A DNA stretch of 51,345 bases from Atractiella rhizophila (Eukaryota): NCBI GenBank assembly GCA_021432655.1, contig MU271452.1, forward strand, positions 11,516 to 62,860, given 5' to 3'. The translations under genes and the position numbers were made by a program. This document shows, piece after piece, positions 14,760 to 29,165 of the stretch (the stretch's first letter is position 1; each line of letters begins with the position of its first letter). Under the pieces are notes generated by a model. It searched no databases. It saw only the letters and a list, made by a program, of their open reading frames with translations, and had not been told where the DNA came from.

Positions 14760-15647
14760 ATGCAGCTGATCACCAACATTATCAGTTCCTCTCTGATCTC
14801 TTTTACCACCTGCGCCAACAGGACAAACCTAGTTCGAACCATTGGACGACATCCTGCTCACTAACCGGACTGGTTCGACCGTTTCCTCTCCCTCTTCTCA
14901 CTCCCTTCATAGAGGAGACATCGTCGGGATCGTTGGCGCTCCATGCACAGTCAAGACGCACACCTACTTCTTCGCGCTCACCACACTCGTTCCGTCACTG
15001 TGGGAAGCGAGAATTCGACCCATCGCACAATTCCCGCATCTCGCGGCGACAGGAGAGAATGGAGAGAACAGTGCAGATTCCGCTTGGGGGAAGAGGAAAA
15101 GGAGTGGTGGTGCTGGATTGCGATGGGAAGTTCAGGGTGAAGAGATTGGCGGAGTTGTTGCGTTTCTACTTCGAGGGCCGCCGGCTTGGTGATTACCTCA
15201 AAGGGCGAACCTGGACGTGTCGGAGTTGAGTGAAGAGACGAATATGGGACGCTATGGTTCGAGTTGCGCTGAAGCATCTTCACGTCTTTCGCCCCACCTT
15301 CCCCCCCCCCCCCCCCCACAATTAACGGCGACCGTTCGTTCCCTCCCTCCCTATTTAAGAGCGGAGGCGCCAGGAAAGGAAATCGCTTTCCTCCTCGTTG
15401 ACGGGCTCTCAGCCTTACATATCCTTCCCTCAACCACAACGATGAACTCAGATCTCGTTCCAGCTCTCCACAAGGTCCGCTTACACACTGGGTGGATCAC
15501 CCTCATCACGTCCTGGGCCTCCCATCGCTCGCCTGCTGTCCCCACGCTGCCTTCGCACTCCAGCTCCTCTAGTTCAACCCCACAACAACACCTGGTGCAG
15601 CCCTTGTCGGAGGCACACTGGGTCCTCACTGCACAGATCGTGACATC
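14760..15647 (+). pseudogene. Degenerate RAD51-paralog (XRCC2-like) gene with several frameshifts
   Basis: Motifs occur in the expected order but in different frames: LHRGDIVGIVGAPCTVKTH (broken Walker A), LGGRGKGVVVLDCDGKF, ALKHLHVFRPT, QLTATVRSLPPY, EIAFLLVDGLSA (Walker B), ITLITSW. Poly-C run at 15301-15317. Confidence 0.7.
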
Positions 15648-16300
15648 CAGATTTACGTATACGGGCAATTCGGCACTTTCCTGGCGACTTCAAAGCTGCA
15701 TGAGGGAGCAGATCGTGTCCAGCGATGACTGGTTTGTCACAGCATGTCATTCCCAAAGGTGAAGGTTAGCATTTTGCCATGGCTTTCTTCACCACAAGTG
15801 TCGTCTCCAAGCAGCTTCAGCTTCCATGCTCTTGCCATTGTCCCTGAAACAATTGACTGACTTCCCTTGTTCTCACAGCCAAGGTCTTCCACCTTATTGC
15901 CCTCTTCGGACCCAAAGATCCCTGGCGGACTAACTTCATCTCCTCCGTTCTCATGTACGACTGCTTTCTTCCATCTACACAGGCAGAACGATAACTCTTT
16001 ACGTCTGCAGATGGACCGCGAAAACAGGTACTTGCCCTGCTGGCGATCTCGATGTGCACGCATACATCGGTGAGATGTACTACAAAGAGACATCCTACCA
16101 AGCGGCGTTGGGACACCTCCTTCTCTCCCCCACCTCCTCTTCTGCTCTCACCGCCGCCGAAATGCTCTTTAATTGGTCGAAGCTAGATCCTGCTGGCGAA
16201 GTTGAGAGCGCGGGGCGGTATGCGTCGAAGACAGTGTTGACGTTTGTCTGTCTGTCTTCATCCTGACTAATAACAGACTGACATCAGGCTATAATGACGG
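15648..16300 (+). repeat. Dispersed ~650 bp copy of an internal GET4 segment (source ~22354-23004), introns retained
   Basis: Direct alignment: cagatttacgtatacgggca (15648) matches cagattcacttatacgggca (22354), continuing to gactgacatcaggct at both ends. The core is near-identical and the ends are more diverged. Confidence 0.95.
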
Positions 16301-16680
16301 CTTCTTCATTGGCCTGCCACCCACAGATTCCACTCCCCCAAAAACCAGGGAGGCGCTTCCATCTTTAGCCTTGCTCACCTTTCTCTTTTCTAGGGAAGAC
16401 ATTTCTCAGAGACGCCCCGCCATCCCCACCGAATTTTGCCACCTTTCCACATCTCCACGATCTAACGATGATGAGAATATGGGATATGAAGACTAAGAAG
16501 AATCGGTGGGATAGAAACTGCTACATTTATTATGCTGACTGCTTGTTGCATGTCGTTGTTGTTCCTGTGGTTGAAGCATGCCTTTCTGGAATACAAGCAT
16601 AAAATTTCAACATCGAAAGATTTTATTAACATGTTGTGCTGGCTCCCTCATTTCTTTGCCTCCCCCTCCTCTGGAGATGA

Positions 16681-19636
16681 CTAGGCGGGTCTCTTGGCTT
16701 CAAGAACATTCAAACTTGTAGTTTGAGGATCAACTCTTCCCCCATCTGCCATACACAAGTTGACCGGCAATTTGTCCAAGACCATCTTCATAAACTTTGC
16801 GAAACTCGCAAAGTTTTCTTCCCTCTCGCCTTCTGCTTCCATTCCTCCCTCAATGAGCATCCTATCGTGGACAATGGCCAAACGTAAGTTGTCCATTGCT
16901 TCTACGGTGCCATGGAACCAAGGATCAAACGCCGGTTCCTTCATGAACAGAAGAATACCTCGTTGTAAGTAGAACTCAGAACCAGAATAATGATAGATGT
17001 CATTGTAGCGAGAAATCCGTTGACGCAACCAGTCGCAATGCTCATCAGATGGTACCGGCGGAGGGATATGATTGTTTGGGACGTGGGCCAGTAGCCACCA
17101 GTAAAGAAGCCACCAGACGGACTCCAAATCGTATGACGGAAAATGCGTGAACCGGACTTCTTCCCTCTCTGTCTTGACCCGCCATGAGTACGGAGCGGTC
17201 AAGAGTTTGACGCTTGGTGCTGGTACAGGTATGGCTTGCACGGCGACAGACTGGAAGTATGGTGTCCCCTAATCGAAGTGTCAGGAACAGTTAATGAGGT
17301 CAGAGAACTACTAACAGTCCCTAGACCATCTGTACATTCGCCAACCTTGCACAGAAACTCCAGATCGGCTAATTTGAGGTGACCATCTGAACGCAAGACA
17401 TTGCCATAACTAATGTCGCGATGGACATAACCAAGGTCAGCGAGCTTGACTATAACTATCAACAGCGAGCAAGGTTTGTCAATATCAGCATGCTAAACCG
17501 TAAGGAAAAGTTGTGTACCCTCTGTCAACTCTTTTACAACCGATACACACTCGTTGTAATTATCAATCTCATAGAATGGTTGCGCCTCCTCTAGGAAAAT
17601 CAAACGATAATGTTCGCGTGCAAACAAACTCGTCAACTTCTGAGGGAGCTTGGGTTCAATTGGCGTGCCCAAGTCAGCAGGATTTCCGACACTCCGGCTG
17701 AATGACTTCTTCGAAGCTTGAGAACTTTTGCCTCGAGCTTGTTTCTTAGGTCGGACGAGCAAAGATAATTGTCCCGTAATCTCGTTGGGAGATGGAATGA
17801 AGTGTTCAGTTGAGGATACGAGCTGGTAATCCAGGAGGGTGAGAAAATATTTTCGAAAATCTAAAGCTTTCGGGTCAGTAGTATCATGGGCAACCTTCAG
17901 GGCGAGCTCGTCAATAGTCTTGTAGGCGTCAACTTCGTTACGGCCAGCAGTGAACCAAGCATCTTTGAGCACGATTTTGGAAACGTTCTTGTGGTTGTTG
18001 AAATGCCCGGCTATGACCTGAAAAGAAAACACCCTGGTGACCCTGCCAGTAATTTCGTCTGCGCTGAAGTCGGATATCACTTTCTCTTGCTTCAGATGAA
18101 CTTGGTTCCCTTCGAATTCGGGCGATGTTGAAATGAAGGTCAAGAACTTCCCATTGTCCTCAAAGGTGAAGTTTATATCAAAGCCAATTGCTTGGAAGCC
18201 CTTCTGCCAGTTGATTGTACCAAAGGAGTCGACATGGGGGAAGGCAAGCACAACCATGAAGTGAACCAGATGTTGAAAATGCTAGTGATATTCAGATTCA
18301 GTTAAGCGAGATGGAGTAGGACAGACCTTGTCAAACTCGAATTCTTCTGAAACCACCACGTGAGAGCGACAAAAGAACCAAAGGCGTGTTAGGGTGTCTT
18401 CGATCGTAATCCCGAAAGCAAATTCTCGACGACAATCGTTGAAAAGGATGTGGTTTCCTCCCCAAACAACCTTCCTATAGTCCTAAATGCGAATATCAGC
18501 GAGTAATTATTGCTGGAAGATGAATTCTCACATCTCCCTGACTCTCCTCATCAGCCTTCTTCTTGAACTCGAGAGTACCTAGAACACACAACCAGTCATG
18601 CTCAACATAAACCTGGCGCACCGCTCCCAGTGCCTCACGTGTGACGTGAATCTCTGCATCTGGCTTGCTCGTGTTGTTGCTATCAGATGTTGGTGCCGAT
18701 CTAGGTTTCTGAACGATCTTGATGAGTGGGGTAACTGTCTTGTGGTGCTCCTTCCGAATAACTCTTGCTCCAGCAGCCACGATATTCGTGAGAGTGAGTC
18801 CCATGTCTTGGAATGATGTGTCTTCGTGACCATCCTTCTTCTTCGGATGCACAGCGAATCGTGCAGGGCAGCCATTCGCATCAATCTCACCCCTGGCTTT
18901 CAAATCCACCATTACTGCTTTAACTCTTTCGCTGGACGACCTTGTGAGTTTGTCCAGGAAGAATGTAGTGGAGACTTCGGGCACGGATCGCAGGTAGGTT
19001 GCCATGTGTTCCTGCTGCTCAACCATCCCCAGTGAGTTGTTTGCCCATTTTGACTTGATGAGAGCCATGGAAACAAACACTGAGAAGGGTCCGAACTTCA
19101 ACAGCTCAGGTGAAAGTAAGTCAAGGGCACCACCTTTATAGACCGGAAGGCATTGCGGGAAGATGGCAGGAAGATGGGAATGAATCTTGCTTGGTGGGAA
19201 TGTCCTTTGGACTCCTTTCTTATCTGTTAAGTCCGCTACCTCGCCCACCAGATTCTCCTTTAGCTGTCTACATCTTTTACCTGTCTGGCTTGGTAGCGAT
19301 TTCACAAACTGAAGCAATTCCGCCTCCTCACAATCTTGATCTGCTGTGCCATTATTACTTTCTTCAATCAAACAGCGAAGGCATGAACCGTCATTTCATG
19401 AAACTGAATGCACGGCTGGCAGCTCTGATGTGCTGACCGCAGTCTCCCTGCATAGAGAGGACATGATGCTAGGTCTCCTGAAGAGCAAGAAGTCAGAACA
19501 ACAGGCAATTCAAAGCGAACTTCACAACAATAACACAAGTTGGAGTTAAGCATACACTCACCTCACATCGATCCCCTTGTTCAGAATCGATTTCACTCGA
19601 CTCCGCACTCACACCACCGGAAGCATCAATTTCCAT
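16681..19636 (-). CDS. Fungal-specific protein kinase (FunK1 / Pkinase_fungal family), spliced; 5' end uncertain
   Basis: DCRREFAFGITIEDTLTRLWFFCRS, GRVTRVF, IVLKDAW, YVHRDISYGNVL, KLADLEF, GTPYFQS and YDLESVWWLL. Exons from ~19360 to 16681 splice in frame. Confidence 0.9.
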
Positions 19637-20482
19637 TTTGGTCGTTTTCCTATCCTCAAAATTGCGAAATATTCTGGTGGAGATAAACAAAAGTTTGAAC
19701 AGGTCGCTGTGGTGAAGAGGAAATAATTGGAGTCACAGTAATATAGAGACACCGAGAAGCCAGAATAGGCATAGGTAGTCAATCTTGCTCGTTTCAAGCA
19801 CTTATCAATGCTGAATGTATCAGTGTGTCAGTCACGATCCACATGATCCACATTTGTAATGGACAACGTCTTGTCCTCAGTTTGCCTCCCAGAGGGGCGA
19901 GGAGGCTTTTGATTTTGAGGTTGGAGCCTCCGAACAGCAGATGTGGTTGGAGGGTTATCTTTTCTCGTTCCCTATTCTGCTTTCATACTGGTGTCCCTGA
20001 ATCCCGAATAGGTTGTTCCTGCTTGTTGGCTGACCAGCAAATTGTTGCATCTGACAGCCAAATATCCCGACACTTTGCTTCCCACTTGTGGAGACTGGAG
20101 ATGCTCGTCATGAGGAGCAGTGAACCAAGCTGAATGTCACACTGCACTAGTTGGTGTAGTGACTTTCCCCAGAGTCAAAGACACAACTGAATGAGTTCAT
20201 CTGGGCAAAAGAATCCGGTACTCCCAGACCAAATTGATGTTTCTTTCCTTCCAAGGTATCGAGGAATGTGTTGGCTATAGTACTAAGGGTGCAGCGTTTA
20301 GGCTTTACCAGCCACTGGTTATCGAAGGTGGCAGTGAAAAGTTTCGCTTCGCTTCAGTCGTCGAATATAATAAGGTCCAAATACCAATGAGACGAGTATA
20401 AATCATCAAGGTGGAAATTTCCTGGCCTTGGATTGATTGCAGAAAGGTTAGAACAGTATGTGTAGAAATTTCTTGCCTGTCG

Positions 20483-21649
20483 TCAGGATTTGGGCAACAT
20501 TTTGCTTGTCCGATCTAGCAGTTCTTCGAAGCCATCGTCCATAATAATCTCAAACACCAACCTTTTAAAAGCAGCTTCGTCCATTCCATAGAGCGCTCCC
20601 ATCGTCTTTTGCTTGAGGGCCTTCTCGACGACGGGGAATGTTTCTAATTGGCCGACACCCCCGCCGCCCAAACTTGCTCGATCGGAGTGACTCGTCAGGG
20701 CGGTTCCAGCAGCGGAATGCTTGCGTTTTTTCGCTGGGGGCTCATCTGAATCGTTGCTACAGGAGGTAGGACGAACGGCCGGGACAGGGACCCATTGGCT
20801 GCTTGGGGCCGACGGAGACGCGCGGTTTTGAAGTTGACGTTGAGAAAGCAGGAGGATGCGCTTGTCTCTTTCCAACATTTCGGCCAAGGTCAACCCACCC
20901 GTTGCCGCTGACGAGTTGCCGCTGGATGGTGTCTCTTGGTCGAAAGCATCGGCGCGGGTGGTTTGGGGATGAAGATTCTGTGATCTCTGCGTCTCTGGTT
21001 CAGGAGGAATCCTTTGAGACTGTGCTTCCTGCGTCGCGGCTGGTTCTTGACCTTCGGAAGATCTGCAGGGACACCAAACGCTGATAGCTTGGACGAACAG
21101 AGCAGCTTGCGCGGGAGTCTTGAACTTGAGCTGGAAACGGTTAAAGATGGGCGGGTTGTGGCTGGCCAAATAGCGCAACCCGACGATGGCACCACGAAAA
21201 ACTTGCTTTGCCGTATCAGTAAGCAAGTTGAAGAAAGGCAGAAGGAGGATATCACCAGCTTTGATAGGAACCGTGGAGCTGTCACACACTTGCGACGCGT
21301 TTGATGAGCTGAACTTGCTGAGATCGAGCTCCTCCTTGATCCAGCTTTTCACCTGAGCCATTTCCTTGATATTCAACGACGCACCAGTACTTCCGGTGGG
21401 CGTGCCTCTTTCTCCAGAGTGACTTTCAGTAGGGAAGGCTCGCTAACACCGGTTGAATTCCTAGTGTAATCCACTGAAACGTTCAAGGACGGCTGGGAAC
21501 TGTCCATGAAATTAGTCGGCATCAAGAGCTTGAGCAAAGAGGTACCAATGCCACCAGTTAAGATCTTTTGAGCTTTGACTTCTACCGCCAACATCAGAAC
21601 TTGTTGGTCTGTTTCTGGAGTATTTGAGAAGCGGTAAAGAGAGAGCCAT
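20483..21649 (-). CDS. REC114/Rec7-like meiotic double-strand-break factor, spliced
   Basis: N-terminal LPLLKYSR...WWH, then VGLRY...NRFQLKF...FVQAISVWCPC, a low-complexity linker and C-terminal LYGMDEAAFKRLVFEIIMDDGFEELL. This layout fits REC114 signature motifs (recognised by eye). Confidence 0.65.
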
Positions 21650-21766
21650 TTGGTCGTAGGTCGTAGGAAAGTTTCTGGACGCGACTTGATGTGGCTTGGT
21701 CACGTGGGCAGCATTACTCCAGCTCAACCATCGCATCTCAGACTGAGTGACTGAGTATTGCTCCTG

Positions 21767-23553
21767 ATGAGTTCATTCGCCTTCAGCCCAGCGTCTACAC
21801 GCACCCTCACTTCGCTCAACACCCTTCTCTCATCCCGCGAGTACTACAGCGCTCACCAGAAGCTACGTACGACAGCCGCGCGGCTGCTGAAATCTTCCAC
21901 CGCGAATGAGTATGATGATAAGGCGAAGGAGGCTGTAGAACTTTTGTTCGAAGGCGCGAAGAAGCTGCTGGAACACGGAGAGCGGGGAAGCGGCGCAGAT
22001 TGTGCCGAATATGTAGTAGAAGTCTGGACGGGGAAAGGCGTTGTGATGGGGAAGGAGGAAAGAGGCAAGTATTTGTTTTGGAATGCTTGATCTGAGGGTC
22101 TGTGCTCTTTGCTTGGTTTGAAGAGATGCATCTGTGTGCTGCTCTGATGCTGCTATACTTACTGCGTCAAGACGGAGAGTAATCAAAGCTGATTTGGCAT
22201 GCATGTTGACCTAAGATCGATTGTGCATGTTGACAAGCTGTGACGAACACCACGCAGCAAATCGAAAAAGCCGTCAGCCCACAGAGCTTACCTAGTGCAG
22301 CTGGATGATGCTGTCAGCTCACTTTGCAAAACGAGTGGACTGAGGGAAACACTCAGATTCACTTATACGGGCAGTTCAGCACTTTCCTGGCTACTTCAAA
22401 TCTGCACGAGGAAGCACATCGTGTCCAGCGAATACTGTTTGTCACGGCATGTCATTCCCAAAGGTGAAGGTTAGCATTTGCCATGGCTTTCTTCACCACA
22501 AGTGTCGTCTCCAAGCAGCTTCCATGCTCTTGCCATTGTCCCTGAAACAATTGACTGACTTCCCTTGTTCTCACAGCGAAGGTCTTCCACCTTATTGCCC
22601 TCTTCGGACCCAAAGATTCCTGGCGGACTAACTTCATCTCCTCCGTTCTCATGTACGACTGCTTTCTTCCATCTACACAGGCAGAACGATAACTCTTTAC
22701 GTCTGCAGATGGACCGCGAAAACAGGTACCTGCCCTGCTGGCGATCTCGATGTGCACGCATACATCGGTGAGATGTACTACAAAGAGACATCCTACCAAG
22801 CGGCGTTGGGACACCTCCTTCTCTCCCCCACCTCCTCTTCCGCTCTCACCGCCGCCGAAATGCTCTTCAATTGGTCGAAGCTAGATCCTGCTGGAGAAGT
22901 TGAGAGCGCGGGGCGGTACGCGTCGAAGGCAGTCTTGACGTTCGTCTTTCTGTCTCCGTCTCGACCAATACCATTGGAGACTGACATCAGGCTTTAATGA
23001 TGGGCTAGATACCTCTCGTTCCGATTATTGGGTCCAGCAACTGTTTTCCTCTCCCATTACCTCTCCCTCCTTCTCTCGCTTCACCCGTCTCTCCTAATAC
23101 AAACTATTCCCCATCCCTCTCTCACCTCCGAAGTTCTCCTCACTCCCCTGCCCACACTAAACAACCTCCAGCTCGCAATCCTCAACATCCGTGTAGGCGT
23201 CGGAGAAGCTGCCCAAGCTGGTGGCAAAGCAGGCGTTGGGAAGGCCGCCTGGTTAAGTCTTCGAGGAAAATGGGAACGGGAAGCAGCGCCACAGGAGGCG
23301 AAAGAATTGAAAAATGTGCGTCCTCCCTCATTCCCTCCCCGTCCGGAGTCCCAAACTGATACACTGTTCCGTTCTTTCTTCGCAGGCCCTAGCGGTGATC
23401 AGCGAGGTCTGGTTTGGGATTCGCCGGCCTGGCGCGGGACCGAACGTGTTGGGCGATTTGATGAGCTCGCTTTTTGGAGGTGGCGGAAGTGCGCAAGCTG
23501 CCCCTGCTGGGCGACGTGTTGGAGCTGGCGTCGAGTCGGCCGGCTTAGATTGA
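21767..23553 (+). CDS. GET4: Golgi-to-ER traffic protein 4 (Get4), spliced
   Basis: YYSAHQKLRTTAARL, LFEGAKKLLEHGERGSGAD, WTAKTGTCPAGDLDVHAYIG, PTLNNLQLAI and C-terminal NVLGDLMSSLFGG...GLD*. Intron 1 is 22065-22576. Confidence 0.9.
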
Positions 23554-23950
23554 TGGATACCAAGGCCACAAAGAGATGTAGATTCGGTAGCGATATCATG
23601 GGATAATGGAACGTGAACGTCGTGATTTCAAGTAGTCGCAAAGCATACCGTCGGCGCTAACGGTTGAGTAGCACTCAGAAGTCAATTCAGATAAGCTCGC
23701 ACAAAGGGATCGGGATGTTCACTCGTTTGCCAAGCCTGTTCAGAGAGTACAAGGGAAAGAAACGGATGACTAAATTCAGAGAGCTGACTATTAGTAACGA
23801 AGAGGACATCGTCATGAAACAGAACTATCGAGATTGATGGAAGGGTAAGAGTAAGATGCTATCGGCGAAAATTGAACGAAAGGGTCGAACAAGGTCCATG
23901 TTCATATATCGATATCTTATTCTCTCCGTCGGCTGGAGGTCGCTGAACCC

Positions 23951-25546
<1,596 letters not shown>

Positions 25547-25930
25547 GATGGTGGTTGTGGAAGTGAATTGTGACGACGGTCGTCGCTTGCGTGTTGGGGA
25601 TTCCGGAAACAGGAATCATATAGCGTCGGCATGTACGGGGTATAGCCGAGCACACAACTCTACTGTATTGCAGAAGGTATTTTATTACTCTCATCTGAAA
25701 TTAAGTACTGTGTGCGCCTTTCGCTGTTCTTGTCTACGATTTGTTCCAATGCATCCCATCATTTTCCTCTGAAAATGCAAGAGTCCAGCGGCACCAACAG
25801 GTCGCACTGGTAAACAAAGCATGTTCCTGATTGTGTCCTCCAATCTCGCCTTAACCGTGCTAAAACCAGCTATAAGCACCCGAGGAGGGTGATGCGTTCG
25901 ACAGGTTGAACAGAGCAGCAGGTAGAGATG

Positions 25931-28900
25931 TCACGTCCGGAAATATTGAGCTGTCTGATGAATGCGATCGAAGACCAAGGTCAAATACGAATTCTCGTTC
26001 AGGAGGGTCTCGAAGTATTTGATCGCTTCCTCCTCTCCTAAATCTAGGCGGAACTTGTCTTGCATCTACCCAACCGCGCCATCAGTCCGGAACACCCCAT
26101 AGCGAGATGAAAGCGGATTCCTACCTTGCTAACAGCTTTATCAGGTTCCAACCTGATGTCAGGAATATTGGCGTCGACCATCATGCTGACAAGATTAAGG
26201 ATGAGATTCGCGTTCTTCCTCAGTCCGATGAAGGCAGTATACGACAGGTGTTTGAACTTCTGAAAATGGGTCGACGATTGACCACCCATCGCTTCCACCA
26301 TCTCCCTCGAGAGCTTAAGCGGCGGAGGGAAGGGCTTTGGGTCTCGTCCAAAGATGTAGCCAAAGTCGACGTGAAAGAAGTAACCGTCTGGCGAGACGAG
26401 AAGATTGTCCAGATGGCGATCACCTACTCCGAGTAGGTATGTGACGACGCAGTAACCGGCTTCATTGTCCCATCATTACCATGAACGTATGACAGATGCA
26501 GGGAGAGACCTACCGCAACTCCTGACGAAAGTCTCCAGAACCTCCTTGTCTACTCCATACGTCCCAATACTATCCTTATCAGGTCGGACCTCTCTGAACC
26601 AACCCAACAACCCTCCGGAACTACCATACTCCGAACTGATTTCCCCAATGCTTCTACTTTCTACGAACTGCACCATCCCCTCTTTTTCGCTCGTCGCCAA
26701 CACCTTGTAAGGCATTAGCTTCAAGTCCAAGTTCTCCTTCTTCAAGAGTCTATCCATGAGGGTGAAGAGCTGAATGACCAGTTGGTCTTGTCGCAGATCG
26801 TCACCGGATTTGAAGATGATAGAGTACGTTTCTGGAGGTTGCGGAATTGCCGATTTATCCTTATGTAGCGACCCAGAAGAGTGCAAGGAGGAGGATTCGA
26901 AATCGTCCTCCTTCCCTTGGACAGTCAGGCAAATCCTCAATGGGAGGAGATTGGATTTAAAGATCCCACTCTTCTCCGCTTGCGTCCCAACCACCTCCAC
27001 AGCTGGATCAAGGGGGAGGAATATCCCTTCTTTGAAACTCGCCATCCCGTTCTTCGGGTCATTCAAGTCCTTCATCAACTTTTCGATCTTTTTCGGTCTC
27101 GTCTCTTTACTCGTCCGCACGTCCCTCGCCATTCCACTAAGCTTGTCCACAAGCCAAATTTGGTTCTGCAACTCTCCTCTGATGGTCTCATCTATCGACT
27201 TGAGGAAGGTGTCTCTAACTCGTCTGAAGAGTGCGCCGCTCGTTGGGTCCGATGACTCGACGGTGAGACACCAATAGAGCTGAGAAGCAAGGAGGAGGTT
27301 AGAAGAGGAGCGGTGGATGAGAAAGGCCTCCAGGGATGAGTGGATGGACTGCGGTTGGAGGAGCGTTGATGGAGGAGGGAGAAAGATGCTATTAGAACGG
27401 AAGGAGCGAGAGTAGCGAGAGTTGGAAGGAGATGACGTCGCTATCGCCTGCGTTGGAAGAGGTGGAGGTTCAAATTTAAGAGCTTGAACGAGCTGTAAGA
27501 GGTAGAGCACTAGTTCCTATTCCATGCCAAATTACTCTCGTCAGCGCACACAAGGGAATCAAAGCAACAAGAGACTTACCTCATCGTCCGCCAGCCCCAA
27601 CCGACGTGTTGCCCACTCCCTCACTCTCCTCTCCCTGCCGGCCTCCCCAACGCCGGGCCCCAACACTTCTAGAGCCTCCTCGACTCCACCGCCGCCTCCG
27701 ATCCAATTCGCCAACAACACCTCCACTGCCTGCTGAACTTCCATCGGATCTTCCCAGCTCACGCTCCTGAGAAACTTTGGAAGTGCATGGGCATACGTGG
27801 CGGAGAGATAGAATCGATAGGTCCACAGCAGCTCGAGTGCTTCCGGTCCTAACTTTTCTGTAGGGGGAAGAGAGAGGATGCGGATCAGCTCGTCTCGTGT
27901 GGTAGGGGATGGCTTCAGCTCCCTGTCGAGTACGCCTAGACGACCACCGATACCGCGACGAAGCATGATGCGGTGCTTTTGTTCTACTGGATTCTCGAGA
28001 TTGGATGAAGGATCCAGAAGGTCGTATGAAGGCAAATGGGACGAGGTATAAGACGGCTGATGTAGCGTTTGCGAAGGGGTGAGGGAGGAAAAAGGAACGG
28101 AGGGGGAGAAAACGATGGGGAAAGACGAAGAGGGAAGGGGGTGCTCGACATATAGGAAAAGGTGGGAGGAGCTGAGCGATGTCGCCTGCCATTGACTTAG
28201 GTTTTGTTAATCCAAACAAAAGGAGGGGAGGCTCACAGAATGCACCTTTTCTATCTCCCGAAAGGCGAGTTTATCCAACCATTCAACAGCGATCAAGTCT
28301 CCCCTTCCATGTTTCTTTACCAGCTTTTCCAGTCTTCCCATCTCGTCGCCGCCCTTCAAGTCTTTCATATATTGCCTTCCCCTGATCCCATCCTTGTCTG
28401 CATGCCCTTCCTTATTCGCCAGATCCACCTTCGCCGGCGTCGATGTATTCTCTCCCCCGTCCGCCTTCACTCCTTTATGAACGTAGCATCTTTGTCTCCC
28501 CTTCTTGAGAGTAAGCTTTCGCGACGAGAACAGAGGGACGGTTGTCCCTCCTATCAGCACCGGGTCGGGGGACATAGCCCTAGAAGAAGAAGGTTCTGGA
28601 GCTGGAGGGACATCGTAGAGCGTGAGAGCGATCTGGGAAGTCGCATTGAGGTCGCGATATTTGATGGGAAGAGTGAAGTGCTCGTTCCACGTATACAAAA
28701 CGTGGTCCGTCGTCGAATCTTCGCTCGCAAGGGAGTTCTTAAAGAATTTGAAGCTGGTGCTTTGAGCGGGGTATAGAAGAGGCTTGTTCGAGGTGAACAC
28801 CTGGATCTTGCACAGTATCTGGCCTGACAACGGAAACGGAGGGAGGCCCTGAAGAGAAGCAAGCTTCAGAGAGACGGGGCGGTCGATTTGGGAGGAACGG

Positions 28901-28938
28901 GCGAGGGTTAGCGTGCCCGTGGAGGATATGGCATCCAT
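25931..28938 (-). CDS. VPS34: Class III phosphatidylinositol 3-kinase Vps34, spliced
   Basis: C2 region ([24 protein letters not shown]), helical domain ([13 protein letters not shown]) and kinase motifs [41 protein letters not shown]. Confidence 0.97.
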
Positions 28939-29165
28939 CTTTCCACTTGTGCTAGGCAGCTGACAGCAATAATGGTGCGTAACCTCTCTCTCGAAGTGGC
29001 AGAAATGATTGAGAATTAGAAGTCGTTGAAGTCGTGCTTTGTCCAGTGGTAGTCTTTAGTCCACATACTCACGTGCCCAACAAAAATATGCAAAGATGTA
29101 CGGGTAAGGAATTCGGATATCATAAATTTTATGGGTGCAGTCACTGGGCGTGTTTTTATGCAACA

